Assembly (NCBI RefSeq): GCF_009914755.1
Contig: NC_060933.1
Strand: one strand, 5' to 3'
Source: the human T2T-CHM13v2.0 reference genome, Homo sapiens
DNA: 64,000 nt
This document shows, piece after piece, positions 29,174-43,225 of this stretch (its first letter is position 1; the number at the start of each line of letters is the position of its first letter). A program made the translations under genes and the position numbers. The notes beneath the pieces are model-generated. The model did no database searches. It worked only from the letters and a program-made list of their open reading frames with translations, and was not told the origin of the DNA.

Positions 29174-32100
29174 GGAATGGAATGGAATGGAACAACCCGA
29201 ATGGAATCGAATGTAATGGAGAGTAAGGGAGTTGAATAGAATCAATCCGAATGTAATGGAATGGAATGGAACGGAATGGAATGGAATGGAATGGAATGGA
29301 ATGCAATGGAATGGAATCAACCCGAGTACAATGGAATGGAATGGAATGGAAAGGAATGGAATGGAATGGAATGGAATGGAATGGAATGGAATGCAATGGA
29401 ATGGAATCATCCGTAATGGAATGGAAAGGAATGGAATGGAATGGAATGGAATGGAATGGAATGGAATGGAATCAACTCGATTGCAATCGAATGGAATGGA
29501 ATGGAATTAACCTGAATAGAATGGAATGGAATGGAATGGAACGGAAAGGAATGGAATGGAATGGAATGGAATGGAATGGAATGGAATGGAATGGAATGGA
29601 ATCAACGCGAGTGCAGGGGAATGGAATGGAATCGAACGGAATGGAATGGAATGGAATGGAATCAACCCGAGTGCAGGGGAATGTAATGGAACGGAATGCA
29701 ATGGAATGGAATCATCCGGAATGGAATGGAATGGAATGGAATGGAATGGAATCAACCCGAGTGCAATGCAATGGAGTGGAATGGAATGGAATGGAATGGA
29801 ACAACCCGAATGGAATGGAATGTAATGTAGAGTAAGGGAGTTGAAAAGAATAAATCCGAATGTAATGGAATGGAATGGAAAGGAATGGAATGGAATGGAA
29901 TGTAATGGAATGGAATGCAATGGAATGGAATCAACCCGAGTACAATGGAATGGAATGGAATGGAATGGAATGGAATGGAATGGAATGGAATGATACGGAA
30001 TAGAAAGGAATGGAACCAAATGGAATGGAATGGAATGGAATGGAATGGAATGGAATGGAATGGAATGGAACGGAATGGAACGGAATGGAATGGAATGGAA
30101 TGGTATGGAATGGAATGGAATGGTACGGAATAGAATGGAATGGAACGAATTGTAATGGAATGGAATTGAATGGAATGGAATGGAATGGAATGGAATCAAC
30201 GCGAGTGCAGGGGAGTGTAATGGAACGGAATGCAATGGAATGGAATCATCCGGAATGGAATGGAATGGAACGGAATGGAACGGAATGGAATGGAATGGAA
30301 TGGAATGGAATGGAATGGAATGGTATGGAATGGAATGGAATGGTACGGAATAGAATGGAATCGATCGAATTGTAATGGAATGGAATTGAATGGAATGGAA
30401 TGGAATGGAATGGAATCAACGCGAGTGCAGGGGAATGTAATGGAACGGAATGCAATGGAATGGAATCATCCGGAATGGAATGGAATGGAATGGAATGGAA
30501 TGGAATGGAATAAACCCGAGAGCAATGGAATGGAGTGGAATGGAATGGAATGGAATGGAACAACCCGAATGGAATGGAATGTAATGGAGAGTAAGGGAGT
30601 TGAATAGAATCAATCAGAATGTAATGGAATGGAATGCAACGGAATGGAATGGAATGGAATGGAATGGAATGCAATGGAATGGAAAGGAATGGAATCAACC
30701 CGAGTGGAATGGCATGGAATGGAATGCAATGGAATGGAATAGAATGGAATCAACTCGAGTGGAAAGGAATGGAATGGAATGGAAAGGAATGGAACGAAAT
30801 CAACTCGAGTGGAATGGAATGGAATGGAATGGATTGGAATGGATTGCAATGGAATGAAATGGAATGGAATGGAATGGAATCAATCATTCCGAGTGGAATG
30901 GAAGGGAATGTAATGGAGTGGAAAGAAGGGAATGGAATCAACCCGATTGGAATGCAAGGCAATTGAATGGAATGGAAAGGAATGGAATGGAATCAACTCG
31001 ATTGCAATGGAATGGAATGGAATGGAATGGAATGCAATGGAATGGAATGGAATTAACCGGAATAGAATGGAATGCAATGGAATGGAACGGAATGGAATGG
31101 AATGGAAGGGAATGGAATCAACACGAGTGCAGGGGAATGGAATGGAATGGAATGCAATGGAATGGAATCATCCGGAATGGAATGGAATGGAATGGAATCA
31201 ACTCCATTGCAATGGAATGGAATGGAATGGAATGGAATAGAATGGAATGGAATTAACCCGAATAGAATGGAATGCAATAGAATGGAAAGGAACGGAACCG
31301 AATGGAGTGGAATGGAATGGAATGGAATCAACCTGAGTGCAGGGGAATGGAATGGAATGGAATGCAATGGAATGGAATCATCCGGAATGGAATGGAATGG
31401 AATGGAATGGAATGGAATCAAACCGAGTGCAATGGAATGGAGTGAAATGGAATGGAATGCAATGGAAACAACCAGAATGGATTGGAATATAATGGAGTGT
31501 AAGGGAATTGAATAGAATCAATCTGAATGTAATGAAATGGAATGGAACGGAATGGAATGGAATGGAATGGAATCGAATGGAATGGAATAGAATGGAATCA
31601 ACCCGAGTGCAATGGAATGGATTTGAATGGAATGGAATGGAGTGGAATGGATTCAACCCGAATGGAATGGAAAGGAATGGAATCAACCCGAGTGGAATGG
31701 CATGGAATGGAATGGAATGGAATGGAATGGAATGGAATGGAATGGAATGGAATGGTTCAGAATAGAATGGATTGGAACAAAATGGAATGGAATGGAATGG
31801 AATGGAATGGAATGGAATGGAATCAAGTCGATTGCAATGGAATGGAATGGAATGGAATGGAAAGGATTGGAATGGAATGGAATGGAATAGAATGGAATGG
31901 AATTAAATGGAATGGAATGGAAAGGAATCAACCCGAGTGCAGGGGAATGGAATGGAATGGAATGCAATGGAATGGAATGGAATGGAATGGAATGGAATGG
32001 AATCAACCCGAGTGGAATGGCATGGAATGGAATGCAATGGAATGGAATGGAATGGAATCAACTCGAGTGGAAAGGAATGGAATGGAATGGAAAGGAATGG

Positions 32101-35100
32101 AAAGAAATCAACTCGAGTGGAATGGAATGGAATGGAATGGATTGGAATGGATTGCAATGGAATGAAATGGAATGGAATGGAATGGAATCAATCATTCCCA
32201 GTGGAATGGAAGGGAATGTAATGGAGTGCAAAGAAGGGAATCGAATCAACCCGAGTGGAATGCAAGGCAATGGAATGGAATGGAACTGAATGGAAAGGAA
32301 TCAACTCGATTGCAATGGAATGGAATGGAATGGAATGGAATGGAATGGAAAGGAATGCATTGGAATGAAATGGAATGGAATGGAATGAAATGCAATGGAA
32401 TGGAATGAAATTGAATGGAATGGAATGCAATGGAATGGAATCAACCAGAGTGCAATCAAATGGAATCGAATGGAATGGAATGCAATGGAATGGATTCAAC
32501 TTGAATGGAATGGAAAGAATGAAATCAACACGAGTGGAATGGCATGGATTGGAATGGAATGGAATGGAATCAACCCGAGTACAGGGGAATGGAATGGAAT
32601 GGAATGCAATGGAATGGAATCATCCGTAATGGAATGGAAAGGAATGGAATGGAATGGAATGGAATGGAATGGAATGGAATGGAATCAACTCGATTGCAAT
32701 CGAATGGAATGGAAAGGAATTAACCCGAATAGAATGGAATGGAATGGAATGGAACGGAACGGAACGGAACAGAACGGAATGGAATGGAATGGAACGGAAA
32801 GGAAAGGAATGGAATGGAATGGAATGGAATGGAATGGAATGGAATGGAATGGAATCAACGCGAGTGCAGGGGAATGGAATGTAATGGAATGCAATGGAAT
32901 GGAATCTTCCGGAATGGAATGGAATGCAATGGAATCAACCCTAGTGCAATGGAATGGAGTGGAATGGAATGGAATGGAATGGAACAACCCGAATGGAATC
33001 GAATGTAATGGAGAGTAAGGGAGTTGAATAGAATCAATCCGAATGTAATGGAATGGAATGGAACGGAATGGAATGGAATGGAATGGAATGGAATGGAATG
33101 GAATGGAATGGAATGGAATCAACCCGAGTGCAATGGAATAGAGAGGAATGGAATGGAATGGAATGGAAACTACCCGAATGGAATGGAATGAAATGAAGTG
33201 TTAGGGAATTGAATAGAATCAATCCGAATGGAATGGAATGTAATGGAATGGAATGGAATCAACCCGAGTGCAGGGGAATGGAATGGAATGGAATGCAATG
33301 GAATGGAATCATCCGGAATGGAATGGAATGGAATGGAATCAATGCGAGTGCAATGGAATGGAGTGAAATGGAATGGAATGGAATGGAAACAACCAGAATG
33401 GATTGGAATATAACGGAGTGTAAGGGAATTGTATAGAATCAATCTGAATGTAATGAAATGCAATGGAACGGAATGGAATGGAATGGAATGGAATGGAATG
33501 GAATGGAATGCAATGTAATGGAATCAACCCGAGTGCAATCGAATGGAATCGAATGGAATGGAATGCAATGGAATGGATTCAACTTGAATGGAAAGTAAAG
33601 AATGGAATCAACACGAGTGGAATGGCATGGATTGGAATGGAATGGAATGGAATCAACCCGAGTACAGGGGAATGGAATGGAATGGAATGCAATGGAATGG
33701 AATCATCCGTAATGGAATGGAATGGAATGGAATGGAATGGAATGGAATGGAATGGAATGGAATCAACTCGATTGCAATCGAATGGAATGGAATGGAATTA
33801 ACCCGAATAGAATGGAATGGAATGAAATGGAACGGAACGGAATGGAATGGAATGGAATGGAATGGAATGGAACGGAAAGGAATGGAATGGAATGGAATGG
33901 AATGGAATGGAATGGAATGGAATGGAATCAACGCGAGTGCAGGGGAATGGAATGGAATGGAATCAACGCGAGTGCAGGGGAATGGAATGGAATGGAACGG
34001 AATGGAATGGAATGGAATCAACCCGAATGCAGGGGAATGTAATGGAACGGAATGCAATGGAATGGAATCATCCGGAATGGAATGGAATGGAATGGAATGG
34101 AATGGAATCAACCCGAGTGCAATGGAATGGAGTGGAATGGAATGGAATGGAATCGAACAACCCGAATGGAATGGAATGTAATGTAGAGTAAGGGAGTTGA
34201 AAAGAATCAATCCGAATGTAATGGAATGGAATGGAAAGGAATGGAATGGAATGGAATGGAATGGAATGGAATGGAATGGAATGCAATGGAATGGAATCAA
34301 CCCGAGTACAATGGAATGGAATGGAATGGAATGGAATGGAATGGAATGGAATGGAATGATACGGAATATAAAGGAATGGAACGGAAAGGAATGGAATGGA
34401 ATGGAATGGAATGGAATGGAATGGAATGGAATCCTTCCGAGTGGAATAGGAGGGAATGTATTCGAGTGGAATGGAAAGGAATGGAATCAACCAGAGTGGA
34501 ATGGAAAGGAATGGAATGGAATGGAAACTAATAGAATGGAATCAACCCGAGTGGAATGGAATGGAAAGGACTGGAATGGAATGGAATGGAATGGAATCAA
34601 CTCGATTGTAATGGAATGGAATGGAATGGAATGGAATTAACCCGAATACAATGGAATGGAATGGAATGGAACGGAATGGAGTGGAATGGAATGGAATCAA
34701 CCCGAGTGCAGGGGATTGGAATGGAATGGAATGCAATGGAATGGAATCATCCGGAATGGAATGGAATGGAATGGAATGGAATCAACCCGAGTGCAGGGGA
34801 ATGGAATGGAATGGAATGCAATGGAATGGAATCATCCGGAATGGAATGGAATGGAATGCAATGGAATGGAATTGAATGGAATCAACCCGAGTGCAATGGA
34901 ATGGAGTGAAATGGAATGGAATGGAATGGAGAAAACCAGAATGGATTGGAATATAATGGAGTGTAAGGGAATTGAATAGAATCAATCTGAATGTAATGAA
35001 ATGGAATGGAAAGGAATGGAATGCAATGGAATGGAATGGAATGGAATGCAATGGAATGGAATCCACCCGAGTGCAATCGAATGGAATCGAATGGAATGGA

Positions 35101-36195
35101 ATGCAATGGAATGGATTCAACTTGAATGGAATGGAAAGAATGGAATCAACACGAGTGGAATGGCATGGATTGGAATGAAATGGAATGGAATCAACCCGAG
35201 TACAGGGGAATGGAATGGAATGGAATGCAATGGGATGGAATCATCCGTAATGGAATGGAAAGGAATGCAATGGAATGGAATGGAATGGAATGGAATGGAA
35301 TGGAATCAACTCGATTGCAATCGAATTGAATGGAATGGAATTAACCCGAATAGAATGGAATGGAATGGAATGGAATGGAACGGAATGGAATGGAATGGAA
35401 CGGAATGGAATGGAACGGAACGGAACGGAATGGAATGGAATGGAATGGAAAGGAATGGAATGGAATGGAATCACCGCGAGTGCAGGGGAATGGAATGGAA
35501 TGGAATGCAATGGAATCGATTCTTTCGGAATGGAATGGAATGGAATGGAATGCAATGGAATGGAATTTTCCGGAATGGAATGGAATGGAATGGAATGGAA
35601 TCAACCCGAGTGCAATGGAATGGAGTGGAATGGAATGGAATGGAATGGAATGGAACAACCCGAATGGAACGGAATGTAATGGAGAGTAAGGGAGTTGAAT
35701 AGAATCAATCCGAATGTAATGGAATGGAATGCAACGGAATGGAATGGAATGGAATGGAATGGAATACAACTGAATGGAATCAACCAGAATACAATGGAAT
35801 GGAATGGAATGGAATGGAATGGAATGGAATGGAATGGAATGGAATGATACGGAATAGAAAGGAATGGAACGAAATGGAATGGAATGGAAAGCAATGGAAT
35901 GGAATGGAATGCAATGGAATGGAATGGAATCGTTCCGAGTGGAATAGGAAGGAATGTATTCGAGTGGAATGGAAAGGAATGGAATCAACCAGAGTGTAAT
36001 GGAAGGGAATGGAATGGAATGGAAACTAATAGAATGGAATCAACCCGAGTGGAATGGAATGGAAAGGACTGGAATAGAATGGAATGGAATGGAATCAACT
36101 CGATTGTAATGGAATGGAATGGAATGGAATGGAATGGAATGGAATGGAATGGAATGGAATTAACCCAAATACAATGGAATGGAATGGAATGGAAC
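29174..36195 (+). repeat. 7,022-bp tandem duplication, copy 1
   Basis: The ORF track and private variants recur at +7022: ORFs 29232/36254, 31542/38564 and 35001/42023; TAACCCAAATAC at 36161/43183; ATCGATTCTTTCGG near 35515/42537. Confidence 0.95.
30071..30480 (+). repeat. ~220-bp tandem duplication nested in the 7,022-bp unit (also at ~37093-37502)
   Basis: TGGTACGG at 30121/30341, TCAACGCGAG at 30196/30416 and CATCCGG at 30247/30467. Confidence 0.8.
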
Positions 36196-39100
36196 GGAAT
36201 GGAATGGAATGGAACAACCCGAATGGAATGGAATGTAATGGAGAGTAAGGGAGTTGAATAGAATCAATCCGAATGTAATGGAATGGAATGGAACGGAATG
36301 GAATGGAATGGAATGGAATGGAATGCAATGGAATGGAATCAACCCGAGTACAATGGAATGGAATGGAATGGAAAGGAATGGAATGGAATGGAATGGAATG
36401 GAATGGAATGGAATGCAATGGAATGGAATCATCCGTAATGGAATGGAAAGGAATGGAATGGAATGGAATGGAATGGAATGGAATGGAATGGAATCAACTC
36501 GATTGCAATCGAATGGAATGGAATGGAATTAACCTGAATAGAATGGAATGGAATGGAATGGAACGGAAAGGAATGGAATGGAATGGAATGGAATGGAATG
36601 GAATGGAATGGAATGGAATGGAATCAACGCGAGTGCAGGGGAATGGAATGGAATCGAACGGAATGGAATGGAATGGAATGGAATCAACCCGAGTGCAGGG
36701 GAATGTAATGGAACGGAATGCAATGGAATGGAATCATCCGGAATGGAATGGAATGGAATGGAATGGAATGGAATCAACCCGAGTGCAATGCAATGGAGTG
36801 GAATGGAATGGAATGGAATGGAACAACCCGAATGGAATGGAATGTAATGTAGAGTAAGGGAGTTGAAAAGAATAAATCCGAATGTAATGGAATGGAATGG
36901 AAAGGAATGGAATGGAATGGAATGTAATGGAATGGAATGCAATGGAATGGAATCAACCCGAGTACAATGGAATGGAATGGAATGGAATGGAATGGAATGG
37001 AATGGAATGGAATGATACGGAATAGAAAGGAATGGAACCAAATGGAATGGAATGGAATGGAATGGAATGGAATGGAATGGAATGGAATGGAACGGAATGG
37101 AACGGAATGGAATGGAATGGAATGGTATGGAATGGAATGGAATGGTACGGAATAGAATGGAATGGAACGAATTGTAATGGAATGGAATTGAATGGAATGG
37201 AATGGAATGGAATGGAATCAACGCGAGTGCAGGGGAGTGTAATGGAACGGAATGCAATGGAATGGAATCATCCGGAATGGAATGGAATGGAACGGAATGG
37301 AACGGAATGGAATGGAATGGAATGGAATGGAATGGAATGGAATGGTATGGAATGGAATGGAATGGTACGGAATAGAATGGAATCGATCGAATTGTAATGG
37401 AATGGAATTGAATGGAATGGAATGGAATGGAATGGAATCAACGCGAGTGCAGGGGAATGTAATGGAACGGAATGCAATGGAATGGAATCATCCGGAATGG
37501 AATGGAATGGAATGGAATGGAATGGAATGGAATAAACCCGAGAGCAATGGAATGGAGTGGAATGGAATGGAATGGAATGGAACAACCCGAATGGAATGGA
37601 ATGTAATGGAGAGTAAGGGAGTTGAATAGAATCAATCAGAATGTAATGGAATGGAATGCAACGGAATGGAATGGAATGGAATGGAATGGAATGCAATGGA
37701 ATGGAAAGGAATGGAATCAACCCGAGTGGAATGGCATGGAATGGAATGCAATGGAATGGAATAGAATGGAATCAACTCGAGTGGAAAGGAATGGAATGGA
37801 ATGGAAAGGAATGGAACGAAATCAACTCGAGTGGAATGGAATGGAATGGAATGGATTGGAATGGATTGCAATGGAATGAAATGGAATGGAATGGAATGGA
37901 ATCAATCATTCCGAGTGGAATGGAAGGGAATGTAATGGAGTGGAAAGAAGGGAATGGAATCAACCCGATTGGAATGCAAGGCAATTGAATGGAATGGAAA
38001 GGAATGGAATGGAATCAACTCGATTGCAATGGAATGGAATGGAATGGAATGGAATGCAATGGAATGGAATGGAATTAACCGGAATAGAATGGAATGCAAT
38101 GGAATGGAACGGAATGGAATGGAATGGAAGGGAATGGAATCAACACGAGTGCAGGGGAATGGAATGGAATGGAATGCAATGGAATGGAATCATCCGGAAT
38201 GGAATGGAATGGAATGGAATCAACTCCATTGCAATGGAATGGAATGGAATGGAATGGAATAGAATGGAATGGAATTAACCCGAATAGAATGGAATGCAAT
38301 AGAATGGAAAGGAACGGAACCGAATGGAGTGGAATGGAATGGAATGGAATCAACCTGAGTGCAGGGGAATGGAATGGAATGGAATGCAATGGAATGGAAT
38401 CATCCGGAATGGAATGGAATGGAATGGAATGGAATGGAATCAAACCGAGTGCAATGGAATGGAGTGAAATGGAATGGAATGCAATGGAAACAACCAGAAT
38501 GGATTGGAATATAATGGAGTGTAAGGGAATTGAATAGAATCAATCTGAATGTAATGAAATGGAATGGAACGGAATGGAATGGAATGGAATGGAATCGAAT
38601 GGAATGGAATAGAATGGAATCAACCCGAGTGCAATGGAATGGATTTGAATGGAATGGAATGGAGTGGAATGGATTCAACCCGAATGGAATGGAAAGGAAT
38701 GGAATCAACCCGAGTGGAATGGCATGGAATGGAATGGAATGGAATGGAATGGAATGGAATGGAATGGAATGGAATGGTTCAGAATAGAATGGATTGGAAC
38801 AAAATGGAATGGAATGGAATGGAATGGAATGGAATGGAATGGAATCAAGTCGATTGCAATGGAATGGAATGGAATGGAATGGAAAGGATTGGAATGGAAT
38901 GGAATGGAATAGAATGGAATGGAATTAAATGGAATGGAATGGAAAGGAATCAACCCGAGTGCAGGGGAATGGAATGGAATGGAATGCAATGGAATGGAAT
39001 GGAATGGAATGGAATGGAATGGAATCAACCCGAGTGGAATGGCATGGAATGGAATGCAATGGAATGGAATGGAATGGAATCAACTCGAGTGGAAAGGAAT

Positions 39101-42100
39101 GGAATGGAATGGAAAGGAATGGAAAGAAATCAACTCGAGTGGAATGGAATGGAATGGAATGGATTGGAATGGATTGCAATGGAATGAAATGGAATGGAAT
39201 GGAATGGAATCAATCATTCCCAGTGGAATGGAAGGGAATGTAATGGAGTGCAAAGAAGGGAATCGAATCAACCCGAGTGGAATGCAAGGCAATGGAATGG
39301 AATGGAACTGAATGGAAAGGAATCAACTCGATTGCAATGGAATGGAATGGAATGGAATGGAATGGAATGGAAAGGAATGCATTGGAATGAAATGGAATGG
39401 AATGGAATGAAATGCAATGGAATGGAATGAAATTGAATGGAATGGAATGCAATGGAATGGAATCAACCAGAGTGCAATCAAATGGAATCGAATGGAATGG
39501 AATGCAATGGAATGGATTCAACTTGAATGGAATGGAAAGAATGAAATCAACACGAGTGGAATGGCATGGATTGGAATGGAATGGAATGGAATCAACCCGA
39601 GTACAGGGGAATGGAATGGAATGGAATGCAATGGAATGGAATCATCCGTAATGGAATGGAAAGGAATGGAATGGAATGGAATGGAATGGAATGGAATGGA
39701 ATGGAATCAACTCGATTGCAATCGAATGGAATGGAAAGGAATTAACCCGAATAGAATGGAATGGAATGGAATGGAACGGAACGGAACGGAACAGAACGGA
39801 ATGGAATGGAATGGAACGGAAAGGAAAGGAATGGAATGGAATGGAATGGAATGGAATGGAATGGAATGGAATGGAATGGAATCAACGCGAGTGCAGGGGA
39901 ATGGAATGTAATGGAATGCAATGGAATGGAATCTTCCGGAATGGAATGGAATGCAATGGAATCAACCCTAGTGCAATGGAATGGAGTGGAATGGAATGGA
40001 ATGGAATGGAACAACCCGAATGGAATCGAATGTAATGGAGAGTAAGGGAGTTGAATAGAATCAATCCGAATGTAATGGAATGGAATGGAACGGAATGGAA
40101 TGGAATGGAATGGAATGGAATGGAATGGAATGGAATGGAATGGAATCAACCCGAGTGCAATGGAATAGAGAGGAATGGAATGGAATGGAATGGAAACTAC
40201 CCGAATGGAATGGAATGAAATGAAGTGTTAGGGAATTGAATAGAATCAATCCGAATGGAATGGAATGTAATGGAATGGAATGGAATCAACCCGAGTGCAG
40301 GGGAATGGAATGGAATGGAATGCAATGGAATGGAATCATCCGGAATGGAATGGAATGGAATGGAATCAATGCGAGTGCAATGGAATGGAGTGAAATGGAA
40401 TGGAATGGAATGGAAACAACCAGAATGGATTGGAATATAACGGAGTGTAAGGGAATTGTATAGAATCAATCTGAATGTAATGAAATGCAATGGAACGGAA
40501 TGGAATGGAATGGAATGGAATGGAATGGAATGGAATGCAATGTAATGGAATCAACCCGAGTGCAATCGAATGGAATCGAATGGAATGGAATGCAATGGAA
40601 TGGATTCAACTTGAATGGAAAGTAAAGAATGGAATCAACACGAGTGGAATGGCATGGATTGGAATGGAATGGAATGGAATCAACCCGAGTACAGGGGAAT
40701 GGAATGGAATGGAATGCAATGGAATGGAATCATCCGTAATGGAATGGAATGGAATGGAATGGAATGGAATGGAATGGAATGGAATCAACTCGATTGCAAT
40801 CGAATGGAATGGAATGGAATTAACCCGAATAGAATGGAATGGAATGAAATGGAACGGAACGGAATGGAATGGAATGGAATGGAATGGAATGGAACGGAAA
40901 GGAATGGAATGGAATGGAATGGAATGGAATGGAATGGAATGGAATGGAATCAACGCGAGTGCAGGGGAATGGAATGGAATGGAATCAACGCGAGTGCAGG
41001 GGAATGGAATGGAATGGAACGGAATGGAATGGAATGGAATCAACCCGAATGCAGGGGAATGTAATGGAACGGAATGCAATGGAATGGAATCATCCGGAAT
41101 GGAATGGAATGGAATGGAATGGAATGGAATCAACCCGAGTGCAATGGAATGGAGTGGAATGGAATGGAATGGAATCGAACAACCCGAATGGAATGGAATG
41201 TAATGTAGAGTAAGGGAGTTGAAAAGAATCAATCCGAATGTAATGGAATGGAATGGAAAGGAATGGAATGGAATGGAATGGAATGGAATGGAATGGAATG
41301 GAATGCAATGGAATGGAATCAACCCGAGTACAATGGAATGGAATGGAATGGAATGGAATGGAATGGAATGGAATGGAATGATACGGAATATAAAGGAATG
41401 GAACGGAAAGGAATGGAATGGAATGGAATGGAATGGAATGGAATGGAATGGAATCCTTCCGAGTGGAATAGGAGGGAATGTATTCGAGTGGAATGGAAAG
41501 GAATGGAATCAACCAGAGTGGAATGGAAAGGAATGGAATGGAATGGAAACTAATAGAATGGAATCAACTCGAGTGGAATGGAATGGAAAGGACTGGAATG
41601 GAATGGAATGGAATGGAATCAACTCGATTGTAATGGAATGGAATGGAATGGAATGGAATTAACCCGAATACAATGGAATGGAATGGAATGGAACGGAATG
41701 GAGTGGAATGGAATGGAATCAACCCGAGTGCAGGGGATTGGAATGGAATGGAATGCAATGGAATGGAATCATCCGGAATGGAATGGAATGGAATGGAATG
41801 GAATCAACCCGAGTGCAGGGGAATGGAATGGAATGGAATGCAATGGAATGGAATCATCCGGAATGGAATGGAATGGAATGCAATGGAATGGAATTGAATG
41901 GAATCAACCCGAGTGCAATGGAATGGAGTGAAATGGAATGGAATGGAATGGAGAAAACCAGAATGGATTGGAATATAATGGAGTGTAAGGGAATTGAATA
42001 GAATCAATCTGAATGTAATGAAATGGAATGGAAAGGAATGGAATGCAATGGAATGGAATGGAATGGAATGCAATGGAATGGAATCCACCCGAGTGCAATC

Positions 42101-43225
42101 GAATGGAATCGAATGGAATGGAATGCAATGGAATGGATTCAACTTGAATGGAATGGAAAGAATGGAATCAACACGAGTGGAATGGCATGGATTGGAATGA
42201 AATGGAATGGAATCAACCCGAGTACAGGGGAATGGAATGGAATGGAATGCAATGGGATGGAATCATCCGTAATGGAATGGAAAGGAATGCAATGGAATGG
42301 AATGGAATGGAATGGAATGGAATGGAATCAACTCGATTGCAATCGAATTGAATGGAATGGAATTAACCCGAATAGAATGGAATGGAATGGAATGGAATGG
42401 AACGGAATGGAATGGAATGGAACGGAATGGAATGGAACGGAACGGAACGGAATGGAATGGAATGGAATGGAAAGGAATGGAATGGAATGGAATCACCGCG
42501 AGTGCAGGGGAATGGAATGGAATGGAATGCAATGGAATCGATTCTTTCGGAATGGAATGGAATGGAATGGAATGCAATGGAATGGAATTTTCCGGAATGG
42601 AATGGAATGGAATGGAATGGAATCAACCCGAGTGCAATGGAATGGAGTGGAATGGAATGGAATGGAATGGAATGGAACAACCCGAATGGAACGGAATGTA
42701 ATGGAGAGTAAGGGAGTTGAATAGAATCAATCCGAATGTAATGGAATGGAATGCAACGGAATGGAATGGAATGGAATGGAATGGAATACAACTGAATGGA
42801 ATCAACCAGAATACAATGGAATGGAATGGAATGGAATGGAATGGAATGGAATGGAATGGAATGGAATGATACGGAATAGAAAGGAATGGAACGAAATGGA
42901 ATGGAATGGAAAGCAATGGAATGGAATGGAATGCAATGGAATGGAATGGAATCGTTCCGAGTGGAATAGGAAGGAATGTATTCGAGTGGAATGGAAAGGA
43001 ATGGAATCAACCAGAGTGTAATGGAAGGGAATGGAATGGAATGGAAACTAATAGAATGGAATCAACCCGAGTGGAATGGAATGGAAAGGACTGGAATAGA
43101 ATGGAATGGAATGGAATCAACTCGATTGTAATGGAATGGAATGGAATGGAATGGAATGGAATGGAATGGAATGGAATGGAATTAACCCAAATACAATGGA
43201 ATGGAATGGAATGGAACGGAATGGA
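36196..43225 (+). repeat. 7,022-bp tandem duplication, copy 2
   Basis: Matches copy 1 except for a few differences I could see: C/G at 29208/36230, an extra pentamer near 39840, a lost pentamer near 40740, and CAACCCG>CAACTCG near 41569. Identity ends at 43226 (G versus A at 36204). Confidence 0.95.
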
